Positions 52,555 to 63,549 of a stretch of DNA of 64,000 bases are shown one piece after another. The notes under the pieces are model-generated. The model did no database searches and was not told the origin of the DNA. It saw only the letters and a program-made list of their open reading frames with translations. The DNA lies in the NCBI GenBank assembly GCA_027459525.1, contig DAIDIC010000198.1, forward strand, positions 45,785 through 109,784, written 5' to 3'. The number at the start of each line of letters is the position of its first letter. Within the stretch, counting starts at the first letter, position 1. A program made the position numbers and the translations under genes. The stretch comes from Ktedonobacteria bacterium. Lineage in GTDB: Bacteria; Chloroflexota; Ktedonobacteria; Ktedonobacterales; JACDGC01.

Positions 52555-55101
52555 TTATGGCGCAACTTTGCTTGCCAATGCTTTTGTTACAAAGAACATA
52601 TAATCTGTGCTGCCGGGCTGTGTTCCGCTGATATTCTGCCGAAGCCACAGCCAGTTCCAAAACCGCTGCGCCGCGGCGGATCCGCTAAAAGAATCGTTCA
52701 GCGCGCTGCATTTCGGATCGTTCAACGTGTGACACGCCGGTTGCGGCGGATATGCCCCATAACTGATCCATAAAAACGGCCCGACACCGGTTGGCCAAGC
52801 AGATGTTTCGGAGCATTGCGATGTTTTTACGGCTGAACACTGCGGCAGTTTATAGCTTTCATCCCACCACCATCGCAAGGGATATTGTTTACCGGTGTAT
52901 ATTTGGGCGTCATTCGTTAATATAGCTTGACCGGAGCCATTTAAACCAGCCAAAATAATATCTGGCTTGGCTCCATTCATCGTTGGGCTATAGTTATAAA
53001 TAACGTTGGTGTATTGGTGCAAATACCACGCAAACGGCCAAACTGCCCCGGGCGTTACTCCAATACTAATAGTATATAACTGCTTGCCGTGGTTTACGAT
53101 GCGATCTAATTCAGCAATTTTTTGCATAGTCGCTAAAACACTGGGCGTAGTTTGCACATAAATTAACATTTCATTGGGAGCCATAGCCGGCTCGACAAAT
53201 GATACCTGCGCCATATTCCAAATTGTAGGTATCAGCAGAATACCCAATAAAACCAAGCCTGCCGCAGCGACAATATTTTTAAACGCCAAAACTTTGCGCT
53301 CAGATAACAATTTCGGCGCAGGTTTGCCCTGAAATACGCTTTGGGTAATGCGTTTTCGATAATATTGCTCAATAATAATTGCGGCAGAAATGCAAACTAT
53401 CGCCGCTAGGCTCAGCCAGACAGCAAACGCCATAACCGAGGCTACACTTTCACTGGCCAGCGCCAATAGTATTGCAACCCCTGAAGCAAAAAGCAGCGCT
53501 TTTGAAGGCTTCCACCATTTTTTAACCCCCGAAATCACTGTAACCGCCAGCCAATTGATTGCTACGCCAGCCAAAGCAGCCAGCGGCAATAGAATATGCA
53601 CAACCAGCCACGGCATTTTCTCTCCGGCCCATGAATATAAAATCAACGTTGCAATAAACCACCACACCAAAAACAACCGGAATTTATTGGGCTTAATCAG
53701 CGACATAACCAACCCGGCAAGCCCAAAAACTAATATCGCCTGTTCATACAGCGGAATCAGCACAAGATAGTAATACCATGGCTGGCCGCCGCGCGCTACG
53801 TGCTGCTGTTCCAGCCAATAATAAACGCCTTGCAGCATACCCTTGCCCACACCGGTTGTAAAACCTTGCCCCCAAGCGGAAAAGCTATAGATATTTGCGG
53901 GAATCACCCAAAAAAACGCAACAAAACAAATCCACGCGGTTACATACATTAAAAACCACTGCATCCAGCTTATATTCAGCATCGCGCTGACAACCGGATA
54001 ATTTTGCGGATTAAAAATGCGCCGCAGCCTTGTATTTTGCGAAGGTGTAAATGGATCTTGCTGATTTTGAAAATTGATGATAAGCATGCCAATAGATCCA
54101 ATACAAACGGCTAAGCTTACAAGCACTAACAAAATAACAGCAAAAGATTCATAGCGCTGTATGGTAACATCGGGGTTAAGTGGATCTGTAGCGCCGGTGT
54201 GCGCCGCGGCAAGCTGATTAATAGTTGCGCTCAGTGAACTTAAACTTTTTAAGCCGATTAACCCCAGTCCAGCCATCAGCAAAGCAAACGGGCCGATAGT
54301 CAAAATTCTGCCGGCCAGCGACTGATCGCGCGGCGCAAAATATCTGCTGAATACGGTTTTTCCTAAAAATTCTCCCAAATCCCAAATCAGCAGCGCAATA
54401 AGGTATGCGCCGAATATGCCAATGACAAACAAGGTGTTTTCCATAGCGGTATACGAAAGCACGATAGACGCTATAGATATAAGCAGCCAGCGAGTTTGCC
54501 GTGTTTGTGTATATTGAATTACCGCCGCAGCAGTAAGCAGCGTAAAACAAGCCACATAGATATCATCACGCACAAAGCGCGAATAATACACAAAACTCGG
54601 CGACACCGCCAGCAACACCGCCATAGCAAATGCGCCCCACTTGCCCAATGGCTCTCTCAACAGCCACGGAATCAGCAGCATGCCCGTGCCCATCAGCGCC
54701 GGCAAAATTCTCACCGTAAAATCATTGGCGCCATTGCCGGGCAGCCCAAGAATTTTTCCCAAAATATAAAATATGGGGATAATATGAAATTGAAATGGAC
54801 CATGCAACAGCGGATCATACACGTAACTGGAAGGATTTTCTAAAAACATCAGGGAAAAATAGGCGTGCAAGCTTTCATCATGATGCAGCGGCTTTGCGCC
54901 AAGCTGCCAAAATCGGAGAAACGCGCCCAGCAGAAACACGGCCGCATACCCCCATTGTTCAACAGAGCGATTTCGCAGCCACGACACCATGGTGTTCCAC
55001 CAAAACGCCAGCCAGCCTTCCGTCATTTCATCTTCGTTCTCAGTTGCCGCCGAATCAAAATTTTCCATTTGTTCTGTATTGTCATCAAGTGTTTGTGTCA
55101 T
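52555..55101 (-). CDS. 848-aa polytopic GT-C-fold glycosyltransferase-like protein (ArnT/PMT-like, TIGR03663-like)
   Basis: An acidic N-terminal tail, then the first-loop motif LGAKPLHHDESLHAYFS. Many TM helices follow, then a soluble C-terminal region (~200 aa) containing Cys pairs. Confidence 0.7.
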   Translation of the reverse strand: MTQTLDDNTEQMENFDSAATENEDEMTEGWLAFWWNTMVSWLRNRSVEQWGYAAVFLLGAFLRFWQLGAKPLHHDESLHAYFSLMFLENPSSYVYDPLLHGPFQFHIIPIFYILGKILGLPGNGANDFTVRILPALMGTGMLLIPWLLREPLGKWGAFAMAVLLAVSPSFVYYSRFVRDDIYVACFTLLTAAAVIQYTQTRQTRWLLISIASIVLSYTAMENTLFVIGIFGAYLIALLIWDLGEFLGKTVFSRYFAPRDQSLAGRILTIGPFALLMAGLGLIGLKSLSSLSATINQLAAAHTGATDPLNPDVTIQRYESFAVILLVLVSLAVCIGSIGMLIINFQNQQDPFTPSQNTRLRRIFNPQNYPVVSAMLNISWMQWFLMYVTAWICFVAFFWVIPANIYSFSAWGQGFTTGVGKGMLQGVYYWLEQQHVARGGQPWYYYLVLIPLYEQAILVFGLAGLVMSLIKPNKFRLFLVWWFIATLILYSWAGEKMPWLVVHILLPLAALAGVAINWLAVTVISGVKKWWKPSKALLFASGVAILLALASESVASVMAFAVWLSLAAIVCISAAIIIEQYYRKRITQSVFQGKPAPKLLSERKVLAFKNIVAAAGLVLLGILLIPTIWNMAQVSFVEPAMAPNEMLIYVQTTPSVLATMQKIAELDRIVNHGKQLYTISIGVTPGAVWPFAWYLHQYTNVIYNYSPTMNGAKPDIILAGLNGSGQAILTNDAQIYTGKQYPLRWWWDESYKLPQCSAVKTSQCSETSAWPTGVGPFLWISYGAYPPQPACHTLNDPKCSALNDSFSGSAAAQRFWNWLWLRQNISGTQPGSTDYMFFVTKALASKVAP

Positions 55102-55120
55102 AATGAGGAACCTTTAATCA

Positions 55121-57724
55121 TCAATTGGGGACTTGGTAAATAGTTACGCCATTTGCATTGTAAACTATCTTCAAGAATTGGGAAAATCGCGAAAGATTGT
55201 TTCCTACGCCAAACATTTGCTCTTCCACCGGGCCAACATACACGTAGGTTACATGATATTTTCGCAGCAGTTGTAAAACCTGTGCGTTTGCTTTATCCGT
55301 ATATATTTGGTTGATTACTGTCAGCCTGCTGGAATAGTCCGCCGAAAACGCAGGATTATTGAGTTCGGTAACCCGCCACTGGTATTCATGCCCCCACCAG
55401 CCCATCAATGTAGGCAACCCGGTAAAGGTAGAAACACGGCCAACAGTTGCGCTGTAATCTGCCTGTGAATTGCTGGCCTCTACTATAATCGGTGAACCCT
55501 GTATATGCGCTTGCAGCCACTCTATCGCCTGTATATCGCCTGATTGCAGCGGTGATGGCGCCAAAGTTGTCAGGCCATTCAATGTTCCCGGCGGCGCATA
55601 TACATCTAAATAAATTGTATGCGCGGCTCCAATTGGATACAGCAGTACGGCGCCAATAATACACACCAGCGCGGCAGCCCAAATAGCGCGTCCGGAATAT
55701 GCGGCTATACGCCACGCGCGGCTTTGGTTTGGAAAATAAAGCTCCTTCAACCGCATACACATCCACATCAGCGCCGGCGCCGAAACAATCGCCAACAGCA
55801 GCCAAGCTTCATAATAAAATTTAAACACCGTGTTCATTCGCGGAAGACTGCCGGCAAATACGTCGCGCAAATACACAATTTCACATACTCCAATCAGGCC
55901 GGCGCTCACACCTATCAGCGCCAACGGAAACTGAAGCGTTGTCAGCGGCGTGTTTTGCAGATCTTGCGGACGCAGAGAGTCAAAAATCAGCCAGCCGGCG
56001 GTTATAACAACAACCATAGCCCACGCAAATGTCCAGCCATCCCAAAGCGGCGTCAGCCGTGTTATCACCACCCAAATCAAGAAAGATCCGATGATAATTG
56101 CCCACCCGCTGATATAGTCTGCGACGGCCGGCCGAGACTCCGCCAAAGGCTCTATAGCGGCGGCGGCAGAGTATCCCGTATATTCCACGCCGCTCATCGT
56201 TGGCGTTATAAGCTTATAGCGCGCAATTTCCATCGCGCGGCGCTGTAAAATTTTGGTAATACGCTGTGCGGCAAGCGTAATCAGCCACGAAACCGCAATA
56301 AACAGCATGGCGCCATTTGCCAGCAATTCATCGCCAATAGCAGTGCGGCTTTGCGGATTGGCGGCAATTATAGTTTGCGGCGCGCTCAAGGGAACTGCTT
56401 GATGATTTGCCGCGCCTAAAACAACGCCAATGCCTTGCGCCGGTGAATGGAAACCGAGATAAAATGGCGCATAAAACAGAAAGCTGCATCCAATCAATGT
56501 TCCCAGCGCAATACCTGTATTTTTTAGCAGTTCAGATGACCACATTCTATTATGCGCGTTCCATTGCGATCCCGCTATCGCCAATATTCCAATACCGGTA
56601 AAGGCAACAATATCCCAGCCATTGATCATATACAAACCGCCAAACACCATAGCCGCCAGAAAAATTGTAATGACAGCGCGGCGTCTGGAGCCAAACAACG
56701 CCAGACCTTTTGATTGAGAAGCAAGCCAAAACGAGATTGCAAAACCAAGCGCAACCGTGTCGTAAGGCAGCGCCAGCACATGCGCGTGCAAATCGGAAAG
56801 CAAAAAACTGAAATCGGGAAACTCCGTAATAGTGTTTGGTATCGCGCGTGAAGGATCCCACCAATCGTAATACATCCACTGTGATGGATGTGTCAGCCAT
56901 GCCCATACTGTTTCGTGCACACTTGCTAAATGTGTCATCAGCAGAGAAAAAGAAGTCAGGTTGCCAAAAATAAGCGTGGCAGCAACTGCAAACAACCCAA
57001 ACGGAGCCGAAAGCAGCAGATCTTTGCAGGGAAAAGATTCCGGCGCCGCAACATCTGCGGCGCGGCTTGGGCAGCCAACACGTTCCGCGCGGCAGGCGCG
57101 CAGAATCAACGCGCTAAGATTTACAGCGGCGGAAAAAACGCCGATCGCAGTCATACCGGCTGTGATAGCAACGCCAATATTAAAAGCGACCCACGGCTCA
57201 GTTCCAATAAGTTTGGCAAATGTGGCGATAATAAAATGCCCAAGATAATAATAGTTGATTGTATATCCCGAAAGCCATGGATCCGGCGGCGGAAGATGCT
57301 GCGCGCGCATTATTGCAGAAATAAACGCCTGATCCATAAATTTTTCTGTGCCGGTAATTTGAGGATGAAACGAGCGAAGCCACCCCATTATTACAGCAAA
57401 CACAACAAAAACAGCGTCGCTGATGGCCATATACAACCAACGTGACCGAAAATCCGCGATAATGCCTGCCGCGTCTTTCCAAAAAATATACCCGTTCACC
57501 GCCGCTATCACCAGGATAACGCCGATTATAAAAAATCGATTGTAGGGCAAAAATTGCAAATAGATCAATGGCGCCCACACGCAAAAACCAACCAGCAACG
57601 CCGCCAACGGTTTCGTCAGTGGCCAGCCTTTATCGGGAAGCCTGCCAAGCGCAATACGCGCCGCCGGAAAAATCATCACTCCCAGCGCTTCTAGCAGAAC
57701 GATCCAAAGTACCAATTGTCCCAT
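55121..57724 (-). CDS. 867-aa DUF2298 / 'chlor_Arch_YYY' family integral membrane protein
   Basis: LPPPDPWLSGYTINYYYLGHF (the eponymous YYY motif), ITEFPDFSFLLSDLHAHVLALP and MNTVFKFYYEAWLL. Confidence 0.8.
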   Translation of the reverse strand: MGQLVLWIVLLEALGVMIFPAARIALGRLPDKGWPLTKPLAALLVGFCVWAPLIYLQFLPYNRFFIIGVILVIAAVNGYIFWKDAAGIIADFRSRWLYMAISDAVFVVFAVIMGWLRSFHPQITGTEKFMDQAFISAIMRAQHLPPPDPWLSGYTINYYYLGHFIIATFAKLIGTEPWVAFNIGVAITAGMTAIGVFSAAVNLSALILRACRAERVGCPSRAADVAAPESFPCKDLLLSAPFGLFAVAATLIFGNLTSFSLLMTHLASVHETVWAWLTHPSQWMYYDWWDPSRAIPNTITEFPDFSFLLSDLHAHVLALPYDTVALGFAISFWLASQSKGLALFGSRRRAVITIFLAAMVFGGLYMINGWDIVAFTGIGILAIAGSQWNAHNRMWSSELLKNTGIALGTLIGCSFLFYAPFYLGFHSPAQGIGVVLGAANHQAVPLSAPQTIIAANPQSRTAIGDELLANGAMLFIAVSWLITLAAQRITKILQRRAMEIARYKLITPTMSGVEYTGYSAAAAIEPLAESRPAVADYISGWAIIIGSFLIWVVITRLTPLWDGWTFAWAMVVVITAGWLIFDSLRPQDLQNTPLTTLQFPLALIGVSAGLIGVCEIVYLRDVFAGSLPRMNTVFKFYYEAWLLLAIVSAPALMWMCMRLKELYFPNQSRAWRIAAYSGRAIWAAALVCIIGAVLLYPIGAAHTIYLDVYAPPGTLNGLTTLAPSPLQSGDIQAIEWLQAHIQGSPIIVEASNSQADYSATVGRVSTFTGLPTLMGWWGHEYQWRVTELNNPAFSADYSSRLTVINQIYTDKANAQVLQLLRKYHVTYVYVGPVEEQMFGVGNNLSRFSQFLKIVYNANGVTIYQVPN

Positions 57725-57738
57725 ATTTTGCCCGTCTT

Positions 57739-60700
57739 CTAATTATTCACTTTATAAATGGTTACTAAATTATTTTGATATGCGACAGTAAGTTGTCCCG
57801 TTTTTACCATCTGCGGAAAAACTTCCAGCGGCCCCAAAATATCATGGGCGGCGGCGCATTTCGCTACATTCGATTGCAGCGGAATCATGCCAGCGTTCGG
57901 ATCATTCAGCGCATATGTCAAGCATTCCAGCTGCCCCACATAAATATAAGAAACATGAAATTGCTGTACTACCGTTTCCACAACCGCGGGATCGTCCGCT
58001 GTATATACGGCGGTAACATATGGCTGCCGCGCATACACTTCTTCGGGATATCGCTGCTGCGACTCTTCTGCGGCCCAGCCAACAACAGTTGGCAAACCGG
58101 TATAAATAGCAACACGAGAATACCACTGATAGGGATTTCCGGTCGCCTCCAACATCACCGGCGCGCCGCTGATATTCTCATTAATCCAAGTAATAGCCGC
58201 GGCGTCACCCGGATACCATGAATACATATACGCAAAACCATCCAAAGACGGAACAGCCGGAGCAGGGTTTGTCGGCGGCATAACTTGTGTCCATTCAACC
58301 CTATCTGCCAGCCTTGCCTGTGTGCCCTCGTAGAGAAATACCGAAGAGCCTAATAATAAGAATATCGCCACACCCAGCCAAGTTCCGCGCATAGCCAAAT
58401 GTACCGGGTGATTCTTTTCCAAAACCGACCAGCCGACCTGTCGTGTTACAGGCCATTCAGCCGCAATTGACGCGCCCTGCGCAATACCTGCGGCAGAGTT
58501 ATTTGCCGTGGCGCTATCCGCAAACCGTGTCGTAAACGCCACAGTCGCCAAACCTTTGAAAAAAGGCAGAATCTTACCCGAAAGACGCCATACCGCCAGC
58601 GCGGCGCCAATTGCCCACAGGGTCCACACCTGATAAAAGAATTTAAATACCGTGTTCATGCGTTCCCACTGGCCCGGATACAAAAAATCACGCAGAAAAA
58701 TTAATTCTACGCCAAACGCCACTAACGCGCCGATAAAAATAATTAAATATACCGCCAGCGCCTTATTGTCATTGCGGCGTATAAACAGCAGCGCGGCGGC
58801 AGTAATGGCTATGCAAAACAGCATAATGCGCAGCCCGCCAAAAACCAACAAAATACCCACAGCCAAAAACACCGCCGCTAAAATAATAAGACGCTGCGCC
58901 GAACCGTCGGCAGATTGCTCCAAGCCATCAATGCGCGCCGCCAAGTGTTCTTCCCATAAATCAAATATTTCAGCAAAAAACAGTGACACAATAAGAAACA
59001 GCCATACACCAAAAATAGTTAAAAACAACAGCGCATTGTCTGGCGTTTGTACAGTTCCAAATGATGAGTATAGCGACTGAAAATGCAGGAAAAATGGCAA
59101 ATAGAAAAGAATAGCTCCGCCGGCGGCATAAAGCAAAGAGAAAATTATCCTGCGTATGGCCGGCCAATCGAAAGCCCGCAGCCACGCAGAAATAAATCCG
59201 CCGTTTTGTATTGCTTTGCCCTGCGCATAACGCCATTCATACAAAAGTATCGCCGCGCCAATAAATATCCCATAAGTTGGGGCATCCCATGCGTTGATAA
59301 CCGCCATCGATCCCAACGCAAAGGCGCCAACGGTCAGCGCGGCAAATGGAAAGCGCTGTTTGGTGTGCGACGCGCTCATAATCAAAGAAACAGAAACTCC
59401 TATAGCAAGCAGTGTTACAGGCAGGTCGATAACATGGGCGTGCAAGTCGGCGTATAAAAAGCTCCAAAAAGGGAACTCATTGATGGTATATGGAATGACT
59501 CTGCTGCTGGCCCAATAATCAAAGGGGGGTATTGCGTTATGAGCAAAATATGCGGTTACCTGTCCTATAAACTGCTGTAAGCCATCTAAATTGCCGGCGA
59601 CAGCCATAAACCAGCCAGCCAGCATACCCACCCACCATTTGCCGGATATTCCGCTGGCAACCGAAATTGCGCCAGATATCGTAAGCGCAAACAGTGTAGG
59701 AATTGCTAAATTAAACGCCGTAGTGGGAACAATACCCGTTAGTTGAATCAGCGTGGCAAATAAGAATTGCCCAAAGTAATAATAATTGATATATCCGCCG
59801 GAAAACCAGGGATCTAGCGGCGGCAGCGTGCGGCTGCGCAATATTCCGTTTAGAAAAGCCAGCTCCATCGGTTTTTCGCCGCCGCGAAAAATATGCCATA
59901 AATCCGGATCAGCGGCCCGTATTGCCACAAACGCCAAAAACGCCGCCAACGTAACAATTTCTGTTACTAATATGTAATTGCGCTCACGCCGCAAAAAGTC
60001 CAAAATTTCCCTGCGCTTTTTTAGGAAAACAAAGCTTCCCAGCGCCGCCAGCAACAACAGTGAAACCCAAACTGTCAGCCGCTCATAATACCAAAATTTC
60101 AGACTCGTTGGCAGCCATACAAAATAGCTCAGCCCCAATATTCCAAATGTTTTTGCTAACCCCCAGCCGCGATCGCGCAAACCCGGCAAAGCAATAAACA
60201 ATATAGGAAATGCGCACAAACCCAATACCTCAATCGCAATTAACCAAATAGGCAAAGCAAGTTTTGTAGCCAGCCCGGCGGGATTAAAGCGTTGCCATAA
60301 AGGCGGCGTCGTGGAGTCGGCCTGTATAGATTGCTGCGTAAGCAGAAGTGTTTTTTGGCTGGCTAGAGATGTTACTTGTGGAGGCAAAGTAACGCCCTGC
60401 AATAATATATTTTGTAACTGCGTAACAGTCAGCGGTTTAACATTGCGTTGAAAAATCCATACGGTCGGGTGATCATACACCGAAAAACTTTCATCCGCGG
60501 CGGCGTCTTGTAATGAAAATGGTCCCCAATGAAGATGATTCGAGAACGTTTTCACTAAGGTAAATCCGAGTTTTCCCGCAAACAGCAACTGATAATAACG
60601 CGACCCCAGCGGATACAGATAGGGAGTGTTTTGAATGGATTTTTCTAGCCTGGCGCTGGATAAAATAATATAATTTGCTCCGGCAATCTGCGACGCCAAT

Positions 60701-62304
60701 GTCGCAGCTTTTTCCTGCGAATCCGGCGCGTAAAGATCCATCGCTTCGTAGCGATAAAATAACGGCGAATAATTCGGCAGCGGCAAAGGCAGCTGATCAT
60801 CCCAAATTTCATCTGTAAGCACACTGCCGGCAGGAACATGCGCATATATCCATTGTGACGCTGCAATCCGTGTCATAGGCTCGGAATATATTGTCAGCAT
60901 CATCAAAGACATAATAACGCCGGATATAATGATACCAGCCGCCAAACCTCCGGCGATATAATTAAATCCGCGCGCGCCGATTTTTTGTATCAGCCCAGAT
61001 AGCCGGGGGATGCGCGGCCGCCACTGCGGCAGATATTTTGCCAAATGCGCCAGCGCCACTGCCGCAAACACCGCCATAACGGGAAAAATCGGCAGTTCAT
61101 AGCGTGAAAATTTTGTGTAAAAACTGCCCGTTATACCAAAATAAATCACAAACCACGAAAGCGGAATAATAAGGATATTGCTCCAATTGCGAATAACCCG
61201 AAAAGCCGCATACAGCGCGCCGATAAATCCTGCCACAGCAAGACCAGGCCCCATATCCCAAATAGTAATATTTTTTATTTCGTACAGATACGGTGTGGTG
61301 TTGGCAAACTGTATGGTATATGGATAAACAATAATCCCTTTAGCAAGCTGCCCTTGTGTGGTAAGATCGCTGATAAAGCTTTTATAGTCCAGCCACATAT
61401 ATGGCATCGTAATTAATGTGGTTATCAGCGTGGTCGAAAGTATTGCCACTGCGGCGACACCAATATCCGGCCACTGATATGCGCCCAGCCGCTTCCAGCG
61501 CAGCATGAGCGCTAAAAAGATGGGAACAGCCAACGGCAGCGCGCTGATTTTGCTGGTAATGGCCAATCCGGCTGCAATACCGATAAGCACAGACCATCCA
61601 AGTGTATACCGAATCGGCGGAAATTGATGTTCTTGCGGAACACATTTGGGGCTGGCTAAACCGATGGCGCCATACAGTGTTAGGGCGATAAAAAATGTAA
61701 GCACTGTATCTACTGCATAAAAATGTGAAAGCTGTATAGCAAACGCGGTAAACGCCATAAACAGCGCCGCAAATACACCCCACCATCGGCCGGCAAGCCG
61801 GCGCGCAGTAAAACCGGTAACAACAACTGTGCCGGTGTCGAAAACAGCGGAAAGAAACCGGCCGATAAGCGTAATATGATTAAAGTCGGTAAAAGAGCCG
61901 CCATCGGTGGGAAAATTTTTGGAATTGGCAAAAAGCCACGCAAGGCCGTGCGCAACAAGCGCCAGCAGATAGATTGGAAATGTGCCGTAGGCAAAAAAAT
62001 GCGGATTGGCCGGCTGAGCATTTGCAGCGCAACCCGGCTGCACACTGGTCAACCCCAAGCACTGCGCAATCATATTTATCTCACGCTCATCGGGGTGCAG
62101 ATGGGTATTTTGGTCCCAATTTATGTTATACAGCCTCATTGCCAGCGCGACGACGGCAACCAGAAAGATCGCGACAACGCTCCAATCAATTGTAACGGCG
62201 ATTGTACGAAACGCCTGCAAAATACGCAAGAAAAAACCGGCTGTGTCCGGCCGATTTTTCTCATCATCAGAAACCAGCGGTAGGTCTTCAGTTCGCACAA
62301 TCAA
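57739..62304 (-). CDS. 1521-aa fusion: N-terminal GT-C-like module (~650 aa) plus a C-terminal DUF2298/YYY module (~870 aa)
   Basis: The N-terminal part has NTHLHPDEREINM in the first loop after a TM helix. The C-terminal part is collinear with the 867-aa neighbour (LPPLDPWFSGGYINYYYFGQF; INEFPFWSFLYADLHAHVIDLP; MNTVFKFFYQVWTL; HVSYIYVGQLE). Confidence 0.8.
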   Translation of the reverse strand: MIVRTEDLPLVSDDEKNRPDTAGFFLRILQAFRTIAVTIDWSVVAIFLVAVVALAMRLYNINWDQNTHLHPDEREINMIAQCLGLTSVQPGCAANAQPANPHFFAYGTFPIYLLALVAHGLAWLFANSKNFPTDGGSFTDFNHITLIGRFLSAVFDTGTVVVTGFTARRLAGRWWGVFAALFMAFTAFAIQLSHFYAVDTVLTFFIALTLYGAIGLASPKCVPQEHQFPPIRYTLGWSVLIGIAAGLAITSKISALPLAVPIFLALMLRWKRLGAYQWPDIGVAAVAILSTTLITTLITMPYMWLDYKSFISDLTTQGQLAKGIIVYPYTIQFANTTPYLYEIKNITIWDMGPGLAVAGFIGALYAAFRVIRNWSNILIIPLSWFVIYFGITGSFYTKFSRYELPIFPVMAVFAAVALAHLAKYLPQWRPRIPRLSGLIQKIGARGFNYIAGGLAAGIIISGVIMSLMMLTIYSEPMTRIAASQWIYAHVPAGSVLTDEIWDDQLPLPLPNYSPLFYRYEAMDLYAPDSQEKAATLASQIAGANYIILSSARLEKSIQNTPYLYPLGSRYYQLLFAGKLGFTLVKTFSNHLHWGPFSLQDAAADESFSVYDHPTVWIFQRNVKPLTVTQLQNILLQGVTLPPQVTSLASQKTLLLTQQSIQADSTTPPLWQRFNPAGLATKLALPIWLIAIEVLGLCAFPILFIALPGLRDRGWGLAKTFGILGLSYFVWLPTSLKFWYYERLTVWVSLLLLAALGSFVFLKKRREILDFLRRERNYILVTEIVTLAAFLAFVAIRAADPDLWHIFRGGEKPMELAFLNGILRSRTLPPLDPWFSGGYINYYYFGQFLFATLIQLTGIVPTTAFNLAIPTLFALTISGAISVASGISGKWWVGMLAGWFMAVAGNLDGLQQFIGQVTAYFAHNAIPPFDYWASSRVIPYTINEFPFWSFLYADLHAHVIDLPVTLLAIGVSVSLIMSASHTKQRFPFAALTVGAFALGSMAVINAWDAPTYGIFIGAAILLYEWRYAQGKAIQNGGFISAWLRAFDWPAIRRIIFSLLYAAGGAILFYLPFFLHFQSLYSSFGTVQTPDNALLFLTIFGVWLFLIVSLFFAEIFDLWEEHLAARIDGLEQSADGSAQRLIILAAVFLAVGILLVFGGLRIMLFCIAITAAALLFIRRNDNKALAVYLIIFIGALVAFGVELIFLRDFLYPGQWERMNTVFKFFYQVWTLWAIGAALAVWRLSGKILPFFKGLATVAFTTRFADSATANNSAAGIAQGASIAAEWPVTRQVGWSVLEKNHPVHLAMRGTWLGVAIFLLLGSSVFLYEGTQARLADRVEWTQVMPPTNPAPAVPSLDGFAYMYSWYPGDAAAITWINENISGAPVMLEATGNPYQWYSRVAIYTGLPTVVGWAAEESQQRYPEEVYARQPYVTAVYTADDPAVVETVVQQFHVSYIYVGQLECLTYALNDPNAGMIPLQSNVAKCAAAHDILGPLEVFPQMVKTGQLTVAYQNNLVTIYKVNN

Positions 62305-62590
62305 TCCTCCATAGTGTTAACCAGTGGGGCAGCTATTTGCCGCCAAGAAGTGATATTGGGGGGCAGCCATCGGAGACGCAGGGGATCTGAGGCATTTTAC
62401 CCATTGATTCTATCATACACACGCATAGTATTTCCGTTATATGTACGCTTTTTTTACAGTATAACAGCGTCGGCGCGGCGCGCGCAACTATATGGGAAAA
62501 CCACACCGGCGCGCTGCGTGTTGCGCCATATCAATCCGAAGCGCGCAAATGAACCGCAGCGCAATTTCTCAACAGAACAATAACTCTGTG

Positions 62591-63385
62591 TTATTCGCCG
62601 GTAAATATTGCCCTGCGTTTTTGTAAAAACGCCGCTACCCCTTCACGATGATCTTTTGTAGCGAAAGCAAGATCTTGCAATTCACCTTCCAGTTGCAACG
62701 AATCTGCCAAAGAGCTGTTTTCGGCGGAATATATCAACTTCTTAATCAGCGTATAAGCGGCAGTTGGTCCCTCAGCCAAGCGGCGCGCCAATTCCATGGT
62801 TTTTTCGCGCAGCGCGTCTTCCGGAACACATATATTTACTAAACCAATTTTTTCAGCTTCCACACCGCTTATTTCATCCGCCAGCAAAGCAAGTTCCATC
62901 GCCTTGCCAACGCCAACCAAACGATTTAAGAAATACGCGCCGCCAGCGTCGGGCACAAGACCAATACGGGCAAACGCTTCTATAAAGCGGGCGTTTTCAG
63001 CGGCAACACGCAAATCGCACGCCAGCGCCAAATTGCACGAAGCGCCGGCGGCAGCGCCGCGAATCATAGCGATAACCGGCTTTGGCGCATTACGAATGGC
63101 GTGTATAATAGTGTGATATTTGGCTAAATGCTCGCTGATAACAATTGGCTCGGCGCTTTGATACGCCGTCATAAAATCGCGTAAATCTTGCCCAGAACCG
63201 AATGATTTGCCGGATCCGGTTAGAACGATACTGCGTATAGCAGGATCTGCCGACAAAGCTGCAAATGCTTGATCTAATTCATCAAGCATTTGTTCATTTA
63301 CAGCGTTCATTACTTCTGGGCGATTCATGGCAACGATGGCTGTGGCGCCGTCGTATTCAATCAAAACTGTTTCATAGTTCTGCAT
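62591..63385 (-). CDS. Enoyl-CoA hydratase/isomerase (crotonase family)
   Basis: MQNYETVLIEYDGATAIVAMNRPEVMNAVN...LTGSGKSFGSGQDL...GAAAGASCNLALACD. ATG 63385 follows AGGAG. Confidence 0.85.
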   Translation of the reverse strand: MQNYETVLIEYDGATAIVAMNRPEVMNAVNEQMLDELDQAFAALSADPAIRSIVLTGSGKSFGSGQDLRDFMTAYQSAEPIVISEHLAKYHTIIHAIRNAPKPVIAMIRGAAAGASCNLALACDLRVAAENARFIEAFARIGLVPDAGGAYFLNRLVGVGKAMELALLADEISGVEAEKIGLVNICVPEDALREKTMELARRLAEGPTAAYTLIKKLIYSAENSSLADSLQLEGELQDLAFATKDHREGVAAFLQKRRAIFTGE

Positions 63386-63549
63386 GCGGCAATATCTCCT
63401 ATAATCCCAATTACACACCACAGCAGCGTTACCTCAATAACTGCGGCGTATAGCCTACACCCATTATATCATCATACCATGCAAAGAGGCGTTTCAAATT
63501 CTGCAGCTAAATACCCCCAACCGGCGCCCAAATGGCGGGTATCCCTCAT

